From Patellaria atrata CBS 101060 (taxonomy: Eukaryota), in contig MU006108.1 in the NCBI GenBank assembly GCA_010093705.1, positions 1-64,000 on the forward strand: DNA of 64,000 nucleotides, in the 5' to 3' direction. The notes under the pieces are model-generated. The model made no database searches. It was not told the origin of the DNA and saw only the letters and a list, made by a program, of their open reading frames with translations. Within the stretch, counting starts at the first letter, position 1; the number at the start of each line of letters is the position of its first letter. The position numbers and the translations under genes were made by a program. Shown here piece by piece: positions 10,901-23,025 of the stretch.

Positions 10901-13900
10901 AAACTGTTAATCCCAAAGTGAAGGGTATAACCAGCATATTTCTTCTTCCCGGAGAATTGCATGCCGCGAACAGCGGTTGGCATTACCTCTAGAGCGGAAT
11001 GGCCAAACAGTGTACGGTAAGCTGCGTGATGTTCGTACTTAGAAGGAAGACGAGCCAAGGGAAGACCGTTTACAAGAAGCTCACCGGTTAAGAGATTAAA
11101 ATGGACGGATAGAGGGTCACTCTCGCCTTGAGTGGTCATTTGGGTGACGAGCCAATAATCAAATTGTTCTGACACCACTTGCCAGGGTTCTCCTATTTGA
11201 TAGGCGGACCAGGCCTTCTTTATAGCGTCGTCCAGAGATCGACTTCGGGCTTTCAAGACTTCCTTTGCAAGAATAGGATAAGTCATGTATGATAGCGATT
11301 TCCAACGCTGGTGCAGTATATGAATCATCGAATCAGATGACTTCGAGATGGTATAGGCGCCTTCTTGGATGAAAATAGAACATTGGATGAAGATAGATGC
11401 ATCATTAGGCGATGTCAAAGTTTGATCTAGATATGTTTTATCAACATTAAAAGAATCAACACAAACCAAAGCGATCTCCACGGCCTTGGAAATTAAATCT
11501 GTTCTTTCGTGGTCAAGAGTTGCTCTGTAGGCCTTGTCCCTAAGAAGGTTGACCCAATCAAAAGCAATAGCACGAATTTCATCTAGATAACCCAGGCATA
11601 AATTCTTGATTACATCCGTGGTATTCAGCGACAGCAACCGTGCAGCTAAGGAGATGAAGGTACTGAGTGCTTGGGAAGACTCCCAGTTCTCCTTAACTCT
11701 CTGGGAGGCTATATGCAAGCTCTCTAAGAAAGCATGAGCAAAACTCTCCTCGTCCACAATTTTGTGGCCTGACCTCAAGATACCTTCATCACTGGAAGGT
11801 CCAGCTTGATAGATTGATTGGAGAACCACAAAGGTAGTTTCGACCTTCTTGAAATCAACCGATGGGGCGCACAGTTGCAATAGAATGTTTTGCCACTGAA
11901 TTCGATATCCGAGAGGGATAGTACATAGTGCCTTATATTCGTCCAATGACATGTGAGTAGGGCAATCGTACTGATCTGATATGACAGTGTTAGGTGAAAG
12001 TCCGCTGGGCATGGTAGCCGGGCGAAAGAGAAACTTCTGGAGAGATGATGACTTTGTAGGTAGCTCGTAGGTGGGCAACTTCGAGATCTCATGATCAACA
12101 TGGAAGTCATTGACAAAAGCATCCGTTCTCCCATCATAGTATCTATACCAGAGTCCGTTATTAAGGCAGACATCATCTTCGGTAGCGGTCGCGATCGATT
12201 TGTTCCGGCGATGCGTAACCTCATGTGGCTTATCCTCTGACATAAGACCAAGACGCTGCATTGCACTAAATGGGATGAAGGATGAAGATAGTCCTTGGTA
12301 ATTGTGTAGATGGTGATGTGCTCGCGGCGGATTTGTCGACAAATTTTCAACATTCAGAACGTCGAGCAGAAGAAACCATGCTGCATCCCGCCACTGGCCA
12401 AAATAAGGAGGTACGCTCAGTTCGAATACTGTCGATTGTGCTTCAAACTCGTTGCTAGGTAGAGGCCATTCATGAATTCGGATAACAAGGGATTCGGCTT
12501 GAGATTTGTCATCACACTTCTGGCAGTGGATACTATGGCGTAATTCGCGGAAATCATTGAACTCGTCCATGATCACTTCAGAGTATTCACATTCACCGTG
12601 ATCGTACCTTCGCATTAGACAGTTGTACTCCTCCTTCTTCGAATGAAATTCGTCGCGCTTCCTCTGTCTAGCTATATTTGCTCGATTCTCAATAGTTCTG
12701 AGCAACTCTTGATGTTCGGGAGACTGGTTGAAATATTTCACTGGAAAACAGTTTTGAAGACCATAATCATGAAAGATACCCGGCGATCGATAGCTAGTAC
12801 GCGCTTGACGGCGATTGAGATAGTCTTCCACGCGAATCAGTCGCTCCATCTGGCATCTAAAAGGTAGTATCAGAGATTGAAAGAGCTCTAATGGGATGCC
12901 TACATCATAGTCTCCTAAGAGTGCGCAAATATGAACTGCGGATTCATCGCAGGCGATCCAAAGTTCAAGGATAGTCAGCAGCATTATGGAAGTAGCCTCG
13001 GGATTTCCGGAATAAAAGGGGCATGCAATACCATGATAACTGTAAATCAAGCCACTTATTCTACCGCAGGTGCTGAGATCTCCCTTATGACGTTCCAGCC
13101 ACTGACGGAGGTTAGCAGCAACCCAATCTTCGAAAGCCCTTAAATCATACGCGGTGTACTCTGTGGACAATGAGCTGAAACAGGTCGGAAGTTCCTCAGA
13201 CTGATATCTGATAAGAGCAGAGGAGGGTTGAAAGGCGGGAGCTTCTTGCTGATGCTCTCGTTTGGCCAGCGACTTAATATACTCCTCTAGAGCCGGAAGA
13301 GAGTTGAATTCGTCCTGGCGAAAATTCAGGTGTTCAAGCTGCGATAGATCATAGTGAGGGTTGGCCTTTTTCATAAAACTTGACCATCTCACACTCATAA
13401 GTGTGTACGTCTTTCGCATAACATTTTGAACGAAGTTCAAAATACTGCTGTCCACGGCTGAATCGATCTTGAGTAGGCGTCGAGAAAGTTTTGCGTTCAT
13501 CGCATGGTACAACTCACTGGGGAGGTGGTATTGGTGGGAGAGCTCTAGAATGTTGCTCATGCAAAAGAGCATAAAAGTCTTATAGAGATCTCTTGATCTT
13601 TCACTCGACCTAGAAAATATGAGCTGCATGGCAACGCGGATAAGCAGCCATGTTGGAGATCTTCGCCATGGCAGAAGGCTGTCGAGCCACATAACCTCTT
13701 CCCGGGTGTTCTTCCAGAGGTAGGATACGACCACTGGCTCAGCGAAAGGCCTCAAGAATGCCATGAATAATTCAGTGATGATTATTGGATGTGATGTATC
13801 CCGATCTTCGTCGTGCTTACGTCCAGCTTTTGTCGCTTTGGGCATTGTTTCCACAGCACGTTGATGGCTCATTTTGGTAAGTGTATGTGCAACCGTCGCC

Positions 13901-14451
13901 AAGAGTTCAGGTTGTTTGAAAGTTTCGACATTTACAGAAAAGGCGGGTCCTGGAAAGGAGCGTCGAAGTCTGCCCTTGGTGGTAATCACTGGCTGGTTGA
14001 GAGGAGACAGCTCAAATGCCTCAACATGAATTGAGTTTTCAACCTTGCTGATCATAACGCCGGCATTTTGAGCTCGTATGTGAAGAAGAATTGTTGCAGG
14101 ATTGACTAGTCCAACTCAGTAAGATATTTGGAAAGCCATTATGAAGAAGACGTATACAGTACCTTTCTTGCACAGCTCTCTTAGGGCACTTTCAAGCTCT
14201 CTCTCACCCACGGAAGCGCGTATGGTCATCAGACTAGAGATCATAGCAATAACCAAGTCAATTGCACCATCATTCTCATCAACTACATGCGTTTTGAATT
14301 TCCGAAGGGCGTCCAGAGTGACATTCAGCATGATCGATTCGTACTCTAAATCAGAATCATCCTCCTGTGGAAGTCTCGGCGGAAGGAATATGTGATGAGT
14401 CAAATACATAATCGCCTCAGTTGAGAGCTTTTCGGTAAAGTTTTCATCCAT
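4935..14451 (-). CDS. Giant DUF6606/DUF3638/DUF3645-type P-loop protein (~3136 aa; exons 14451-14163, 14105-6288, 6238-4935)
   Basis: N-terminal HHIFLPPRLPQEDD, LHIRAQNAG and PWRRSPTWLLIRVA; LLLEVESGIMIR, QLNMGEGKSSVIVP, DIVDESDE; KRWRVNYGL...LAVPYRAKDNPTPRSEFSHPD; LDEAHTRGTD; splicing two GT-AG introns gives one open 9411-nt frame. Confidence 0.9.
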
Positions 14452-17400
14452 AGCACAGATATCAGGTAGGTAGATAGGTCTGAATGAAGTTGTTTCTTTT
14501 GAATCGGAAAAAGCGGTGAGACAGAAAAGTTGCAGGAATATATCTCGTTGCGGCTTTACAGACGTCTAATAATCTCAAAATAATGGGCACGGTTACATAC
14601 TTGTATGGATAACGCGTTTTAGGTGTTCAGCACTGATTTTTGCTTGCTTGGTTTTTGACTAGTAATCATTGGTGGAAAGCAATGTCGGGTGGTTTGGAGC
14701 GTATCATTTAGCTAAATAATAACAATAATCAAGCAAACCTTAGTGTAAAGGGGAAATACAATACTGTATCAAGAGGATATATCTCACCTTGTACACTACA
14801 TTCAAAGCATTCACGCATCCAGTTCGACTGGCCTCGTGATTCATTTACTTCACCTTCACTTTTCGGGTGCTGCTTAAGGTGGTATACTCCCCTAGATGAG
14901 GGAAACCCCATAAGAAGTCGTGGGGGTCCATTCAAGCCTGAGACTAAAGCTGTCAATAATGGGCAGCCCGATCCGTCCTTGAGCGCAGAATATGGCCCAA
15001 TCCAATGCAAGAATCTGCAACGGTTGCTCCCCATCTGGAGTCATAACTGAATATTTTGCGGCACGACATGATGAAATGGAGATTGATAATCAGACGAGGG
15101 TGTGTTTGATTGGTTGATAAGGCCTTGCCAGCACAACTGTGCCGTCCTTTCTTGCGGAATGCCACAGATACCATCAGGCAACGACCGAAGGCAGCATGCA
15201 GTCAAAAGCATCACACGGAAAGTAGACTCCATCCTTATTGAAGGATGGAGATAGTGTAGCAATCAGATCTACTGAATCGATCCGAGGGAAATCCGATGAA
15301 GATGTTGAAGAAGTTAAAGGTCGGTTGAGGTGGTGGTAACCCGACGGTATATAGAACGTTATTATTCAGCTACGCTAGTTCTAGTCCCACCTTAGCTCTA
15401 CGACGCGTTAAGGTACCCTTGGTACAAGGGCTACCTCTACTGGTAGCTTCTCGTTCTCAGTTCTCACATTCGAACCTCATCCACACGTTATGTGAGATTG
15501 AGCTGTGCGATAGTGCTAGCAAAATAGCAATCATGCATTGCGGCACACGCTCGTTGAATCAATTCCGGTGAGCGTGGCCTAGAACTAGCAGTACGAGGCT
15601 GTAGGGCTATCTTGCTCTGTTCATGGAAATCGGGCGCTTTAACAAGGTGTGTCCTCTCCTCTTCCTGAAACCATTTTATTTGTATTCATGGACTTCATTC
15701 TAGTTTGAGCGGGCTTCGCTGGCCCTATTATGACAGTTCAACTGAGGAGAAAGCTACCTGGACTCAAGCCCTCCGTCCTAGAGCGTGCCTCTCCCCTCGG
15801 CGAAAGTTGATAATATCACAATTCGTGTAGGGTCTCTACTTTCCTTCCGTTGGAAGATTTCACTGACTCATTCGGATCCAGGATGTGCGGTAGACATAGC
15901 ATACAGCATGTCGTTTGAACCGTCACTGACAAACCGTCCGTAGTTTCCCTCACAGCGCCATATTACGGTATTTTCATCATGTTATTACGGAGTATGACTT
16001 CGACCAACACTGAAATACAATTCCGAGGTTGTCGATGCGCACTGGGGTAACAAAACAATATCTAGATGGACCTTTGTGTACAAGGACTCGAGGACATCAG
16101 CGCTCTCCCAACAATGCGAGTTATTGGTATCCGCTAGAAGCCAACTAGTCCAACTTAGTTATGGAGGCATATAAGGGCATTTTTGAGGGTGATTATTAAA
16201 TTGTAGCAAGTGGGAGGATTAGATCAGTCTGAGAACACAATATCAGAGCTATTGGTAACGGCGGTGAGCTTATCATACAGTTTCGAAGTCACACTCTGAC
16301 TCTGATCAGCCTCCGGTACACAGCTTGTTCCATCCCTCGTACTATACAACGAGTGGGATGCTTAATTTAATTGATCAGATCACCCCAAGGGTAGGCAAGG
16401 CGAAAGGATCTAAGTCTTTCACGATTAACGGTGTGGATATTTAGGGACTTGTCATTTTGTCTACGAGGGCGGAGGTACCAGCAGCACTTCAAGCTCGGAA
16501 GCATTCTCCCAGTTCCGAAACACCTACCAGCTTAAAAGAACATGCAGCTATGCTATGATCATCCAATAGTAACTGACCCCTAAAAAGGTATCGGGACCAT
16601 ATCCTCCTGAAGTATGAGGCGGATTACCAACGGCGCATTGTGAATTTTTGTTACCTTACTTTTTCAATATTCTCAGCTTCAGATTGCTGCATTATCCCAC
16701 TGTGAAGTGAAAACAAGAGGGCGTAGTCGATCAGTCTGGTAAACACTGCGCTGCTAATCTAATCGTAAGTAATCCCGAAACATGGAACTTTGCTCGCCCT
16801 AGATGTGCTTTAGATATTCAGAACAGGATACTAGTCTCGTTCTCATCGTCTTAATGTCAAAAGTCGCTTGGGGGGATTCCTTAGGTAAATGAATTGGAAT
16901 GCAATATCACCTGCCATTACCAATTAACCGTCGTTTCTGATTTTCGAATTTCTTCATGCTTTACGGGCCAAAGTTCGCCCCACTCACCATCTAGTTTTCA
17001 TTCTTACGTTGACGTCGGCCCAGAATGTAAGTACTTAGTGGGGTCCCCTATTGTCATTCCCAGCATCCTTTCAGGGCATGTGGCTTCTAGGCTCTCATGT
17101 TACACGCAGGAGATTATTCTAAGATAGCGGCACAAACTCTATCATGAACATCCTCTGTAAGGCACAAGTTCGGAAAAGCGCTGGGAATGTAAATGTATCG
17201 CTCAGGCCTTTGTTACCAAGATTTGATGTCAGCTCTACGTATGACGGGAATACTTTAGACTCATGTCTTATCACGTAAAACTTGACATGCACCCGGATGC
17301 ACTTTCTCTTTGTCTCTGGCGTTCTTGTACCTGTATCATCTACTGAATTCGGTTCCGGTCGAGGTGCATGAAATGCCTCGAGACCCGGGACTCTGAATTC

Positions 17401-17474
17401 TGGAGTTTTCATTACCCTTTTCGATCGAAAATCACCATAAAGTCAGGTACCTTTAGATTATCAAAATCGCGTCA

Positions 17475-20175
17475 ATGGAGGTTACGTTGACGAACATTGT
17501 TGAGAGCGAAGCTCTGGGGGGGAGGTCCTAGTAAGCACGTTGCGTTTACTCCACCCATCGATACGTTCCTTGTGAGGTACTGTACGTCTCATGACGAAGT
17601 GCTAATGACACTCTAAAACAGTGACTATTTGTATATCGAGTCTTGGGTTGCTGCCCTTGCGCGGTGTAGGGAGAAGCCAAAACAACACGACCATGAACGT
17701 GCATTGCAAGTCAAGACCGGCGATGACTTCCTCAAGCAACTGGACAAGCTGAAGTCGGAGTTCACTAATGAAGGGACTCTTGGTGTGATTAGTCTGTTAT
17801 ATCCCGTCTTGGATCATTACAAGACCTTTGCGCAAACCTTTGTCGGAATGGTGTCCCGTAAGATTGAAGTATCAATGTTGTGAGGCCTTTTGTTTCTCGA
17901 GGTCAAAGTAAGGCTGATCGTTCTCCCTCTTTAAAACTCCTAGACCTAAGAATATTCGCAAGTACTGAGCGTTTCTAGTAGCTAGCCTTAGAATCGGAAG
18001 CGTCAGTTGATGGTATCAGTAGAATGTCGCATGAGGTAAGTCACGGGCTAAACGTCCTAACCGACATTTCGAAATCACTTGGAGACTGGAATACGGTCAA
18101 AAGGGACAATGGCTAAACCAATCAAGAGATATACAAGCTGTGGTTGAATAATCATGTTTTTTAGAACCCAGATACATGGTATGTACTAAGGATGATTTCT
18201 CGGTGACAGGTATCCTAACTTCTTTGCCAGGAGCTATCAATGAGGATAGTCTAGAATCTCTGCATAGTCTCTATCTCTAGTCCTTTCCTAACAGCTCCGA
18301 AGCTACAGAAAGGATTCAGGAGGTTGCACACCTGGCTTTCCGGCGTGCACACACCACTGACTTAGAGGCTTTCCAAAGAGCATTGTCTCTTAAGGATATC
18401 AATGAAGAAGATGCCATCCGTCCGTGTCTCATGCTACCTAGTCCCCGCAACTGTCATTTCTTTGGTCGACAAGACCTCATTAATCGCATCGACAGCGAGT
18501 TAACTTATAGCAAGGAAGACGGTGGCATTCGTTCGGTAGCTCTGCATGGCCTCAGGGGTGTAGGCAAGACACAAGTGGCACTCGCGTTCGCATATAGCAA
18601 GATGAAATATTTCGACCCGATCTTTTGGGTGGCGGCAGAAATGGATGTGGTCTTGAAACAGAGCTTCAGTAGAATTGCCGTCAATCTCAAACTCCTCAAT
18701 GCTCATCCCCAGAATCATGAAGAAAACACGCTCCTAGTTCTCAGCTGGCTGAATCAGACAAGTAAGTGCAGACACGTATGTGGCTCGACTTGTATGCTAA
18801 CACTTTCTGGAGGCGAAATCGCTGCTAATATTCGATAATATCGAAGACGTGCGCATATTAGAAGATCGTTGGCCTGTAACTGACCGGGACTCAGTCCTCG
18901 TCACTGCAAGGCAGCCAACAATTGCTACACAGCCAATTGATGTTGGTATTGAGATCCACACTTTCTCGGCCGAAGATGAGGCCGGTTTTCTGAAGCGCCT
19001 TCTCCCAAATCACAGCGATTCCGAAGCGGAAGAGCGGGCGAGAATGGATCTATTCATGCACTTCAGTGGACACGCTCTCGCATTAGCCAGATGGCGGCTC
19101 TCATCAACACGAAGCAAATTTTAGTTGCTGACTTTGTACTATATTACGACAAGTACACCAGGAAGGTCCACAGGGAACGCAAGGCGAGCTAGAAGTATAT
19201 GGGATACAAACACGCGCTGGATACAGTATGGCTGCTATTCTTTGAAGCGGCAAATGAACAGGCAAAGACCTGCCTGAGCATATTTGCCTTCCTAGATCCA
19301 GACCGTGTACCAGACAAGCTCGTTGAGCCATCCGAGAGTGCGAATCTCCCACAAGTGTTGGATTTCCTCCTTGAAGGATGTGAGTAAGCATTCCACCCCT
19401 GACCCCTCGGCGTCTCTCGTATATTACCACGCTGATCGCCATAGCCGCCTTAAAGTTTTGGAGGAACTAACGAGTCATGGACTAGTCGAACGTGACTTGA
19501 AAACGAACATGCGCTCCCTTCATCGATTAGTGCAGGCGAAATTCATGTATCAGCTAAGTGAAAAGCAGAGACAAGATGGCTTTGACGCGACAGCCCTCCT
19601 GTTGCAGCATGTCTTTCCGAGCCGTGCCAAAGGACAGGCCCTGGACAAGCAGTAGCCTGTTGCACAACTTTATATACAACACGTCCTTATGTTAATGTAC
19701 TGTCACCGTAAGTCTCAGTCTGAACCAAAACGATTACAGACAACTATTCTCTTTTGTGACCTACTAGCTGATGCATCTTGGTGAGATTCTCTTCCTTCTT
19801 TCCGGTCACTGAATTGACTATGGCTAGGTATTTAGTATCATATGCCGATATCACCGTTGTCGGCGACGTTTGTGCCTTTGCGCTCGAGGCAACGCAGAAT
19901 CTCCCGGCATCGAAAGATAACGCGCTAATTCGCAGTATCTTACTACGCCACGCCACGTTACATGACTTTAGCTTCGGCGAATCCAACATCGCTGAAGGCC
20001 GTATGAAAGAGATTCTAGATATTGATTCAAAGGTATTGGATCCCTATGATGAGAACTTGATGAATGTCTACAACACTGTCGCACAAGTCGCGGCTTCAAA
20101 ATGTCTGTATGAGGATAGTCTGAAATGGTGGACCAAAGCTGAGGATATATTTGAGCAACCTCATGAACCTTGGCC
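17475..20175 (+). pseudogene. Degenerate fungal NLR-like gene (helical N-terminal domain, NB-ARC, TPR-like repeats), 3'-truncated
   Basis: PRNCHFFGR, Walker A HGLRGVGKTQVA, FWVAAE, LLIFDNIED, SVLVTAR, GHALA, FLDPD, SLHRLVQ, TPR-like tail; in-frame stops at 17881 (TGA) and 19653 (TAG) where Trp is expected; frameshift near 19080; ends abruptly at an LTR-like repeat. Confidence 0.8.
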
Positions 20176-20348
20176 TGTCAAAGCTCAACCTCAGATGGAA
20201 GCTGTAAGGTATATTGCTACATGTACATGAAGCTTAAACTTAAGGAAAGAAAGTGTTGAGACAGCATATGCTGTTCTGCTAAAGTACAGTATGACTAAGC
20301 CGCTGGATCACCCAAGGCACTTATACCTATCGGGTCTAACCCGTGACA
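20176..20348 (-). mobile_element. Solo LTR-like repeat, copy 1 (inverted)
   Basis: 173 bp, TGTCA...TGACA termini; reverse complement matches 21297-21468 with about 11 differences counted by eye; flanks TGGCC/TATAT are not a TSD. Confidence 0.7.
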
Positions 20349-20598
20349 TATATATGCTAACTGTAAAGGTCAGCACTTCGCAAATAGTAAAGAGTGCGAA
20401 TTTGTCGAAGCAGCTAACACATCTACTTAATGTAACAGGCTAGAGCCTAGTGGTATGAACGCGCCCTGCATCCGAAGATCAGCCAGTAATATTTTCCTCA
20501 AATCTGCCCTCAGACTCTTCTTTTCTCCTTTATCTTGATTGTAAATAGCATCTGGACTAGATAGTTGGAACACAATTACTAGAGGCCGCTCACACTTA

Positions 20599-22877
20599 AT
20601 GGATCACAACAATAGCAAACACAATCAGAAAGAATTCCTTGTAGGAAAGGATAAAGGTGAAATATCCTTCCTACAGCACAATACAGCCAGATCCCAGGAA
20701 GCACAGCAAACCCTACTGGAGATTGGTTTTCAAAGAAAAACAGACATCATCCTTGTATAAGAACCATATGCATGGAGGGATGGGAAAAGGAGAATATATT
20801 TTACAACCATACATTCAGCGCATAACCTAGTACTCCCACAGGACCTTAGAAGACCAAGGGTGGCAACTTAAATCAGGAAAAAGGCGCACATCGAATATAG
20901 AGTTTTGCTAGACCCTTTACAAGATAGTGACATTCTGCTCTTAGAAATTTGCAAAGGAACAGATAAGTTTAAAGCAGCCAATATTTACAATGAGAAAGCA
21001 CTTAATGGAGAGTCTAAAGCTCAAGATAACGGTATAACCACAATCAATAGAGGACTTTTAAACTGGACGCCAACCCTACCAATTCTACTCTGTGGAGATT
21101 TTAATCTATATCATAGCTGGCGGAACCAACAAGCCACTACCTCTGAGATAGCGAAGTCAAGAACCATAGTCAAATGGCTAAGGGACCACAACTATCAGCT
21201 CCTCAATCTAGACAATACTGGCACATGCTTTAGGTCTAACCTAACAAGACAATCAATTATCGACCTGGCATTTGTCTCATCTAACTTTCAGCAAGCTGTC
21301 ACGGGTTAGACCTTATAGGTATAAGTGCCTTGGATGCTCCAGCGGCTTAGTCATACTGTACTTTAGCAGAACAGCATATGCTGTCTCAACACTTTCTTTC
21401 CTTAAGTTTACGCTTCATGTACATATAGCAATATACCTTTCAGCTTCATCTGAGGTTGAGCCATAACAAAAGGAGCTTTTGACCATATGTCAAAGAACCA
21501 ACTACTATCTACCTACAAAGAACTAGGACTCCTATACAGTCTATGCCAATGGATATCCTATTTCTTAACTCACGGAAAGATGCAGCTAATATTTAATTGC
21601 GAAAGGCAAGAAATGCATAGCATAAATATTAGCATACCTTAAGGCTCACCAATCTCACCGATTCTCTTCTTAATCTATATTAGGAAAATCTATAAAGATA
21701 GGGAATGGATTAACTTACTAACTTATATTGATGACTTTTCACTAACAACAGTCTCCACATCCGCAAAGAAAAACTGCAAGTTACTAGAATAGGCTGCTCA
21801 AGACCTAATCTTAGTAGCCAAAGAACATGGCATTGAATTTGATATTACAAAAACGGAACTCATCCACTTTCAAATAGCATGTAGAGAAAAAGATCAAGAG
21901 TGCAGAAAATGCAATGTACATGATTCAAAGACTAGGAAACACATAGAAAGGTCTATCAATGCAAGCAGTGCGTCAGCTGTATAATGCATGCGATAACTCA
22001 AGAGCAGACTATGGAGTACTAGTATGGTGGAATTCGAATCACGGGAATAACCAGCAAGTTGGATGGTATCAAACAATGTAGAACAAAGCATTAAGGATGA
22101 TCTTAGGTGCCTTTAAGACTTCTCCAAACATGGCCATAGAAATTGAAGCAGGTCTACCTCCTCCAGCTGTCAGATTTGAGAAACTATGCAATTCTTATGC
22201 CCTTAGGGCTCTAAAGTTCCATAAAAACCATCTAGTTAAGAGAGTGCTCTAGGAAGAGCTTAAAAAAGATGACTTAGCTACAACCTTAGACTCTAACTCA
22301 GAAGCAGGCAATACTCCAATCAAGTACATCATAAGACCAAACACTCAGCTCCTATCCTTATTGAAGAGAACCCAGGAGTTTATCACCAACTGGAAGATAG
22401 AAAAGATTTCTATATATAATGCCAAACCTTGGAGGCCAAAAGTTAAAGGCATTATTTATCATCTCCAGCAAGGATAAGGAAAAAGTATCAAAGCAACATG
22501 ATAAACTAAATTAGAGACCTAGAATCAGGCATGAAGGATGGACTGGTTAGTGTTTACTACACTAATAGGTCTAAAGAAGGCAATAGAAATGTCGCAGGAA
22601 CATACTAAATAGGAAACAATTAACGCATTTTATTTGCTAGCAACTGGAACTTAGAGGATAGCGTTGAGACCATGGATGTAGAGCTATTTGCAATCCTAAA
22701 AGCACTTGAAAGAGAAAAGACCCAACGTGAGAAGGGACAATCCATTGCCAAAAACTTATGTGTTTTTATGGACAGCCAGGTAGCACTCAAGAGGCTACAA
22801 AAGGATAGTCTCAATGGAGGATAAGAACTAAGTGTGTTGATAACTAATCTATAAAATACTCTTTCCAGGGAATGGGA
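20599..22877 (+). mobile_element. RIP-mutated, internally deleted Tad1-like LINE ORF2 (AP endonuclease, reverse transcriptase, RNase H)
   Basis: Endonuclease FLQHNT, DIILV*EP, GDFN, SIIDLAF; RT KGAFDH, P*GSPISPILF, YIDD (21724-21735); RNase H YTNRS (from YTDGS), ELFAI, DSQVAL; CAA>TAA stops at 20758 and 21640. Confidence 0.9.
21297..21468 (+). mobile_element. Solo LTR-like repeat, copy 2, inside the LINE
   Basis: 172 bp, TGTCACGGGTTAG...CCATAACA; internal palindrome ACAGCATATGCTGT; sits at the junction between the LINE endonuclease end and mid-RT; flanks CAAGC/AAAGG. Confidence 0.72.
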
Positions 22878-22998
22878 AATGAAAATTACGTTCTTCAGAA
22901 CCTTTACGCTTCTAATTGTATCTGAAACTTTCATGAAAATAATTCCGATATCTTTAAAGGGATTTCCGATAAAAGTAATAGGCCAATGTCTTACGTTT

Positions 22999-23025
22999 GA
23001 GAGAGAGAAAGAGAGAAAGAGAGAG
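22999..23025 (+). repeat. GA-rich microsatellite
   Basis: GAGAGAGAGAAAGAGAGAAAGAGAGAG. Confidence 0.7.

Noticed and set aside
14729..17412. Short ORFs between the giant gene and the NLR, including 17119-17412 head-to-head with the NLR
   Set aside because: No recognisable motif (no HeLo, gasdermin or amyloid-like repeat) and no coherent exon chain
20176..21468. Autonomous DNA transposon with long TIRs
   Set aside because: No transposase and no TSD; the interior is LINE sequence that continues past the right arm in the same orientation
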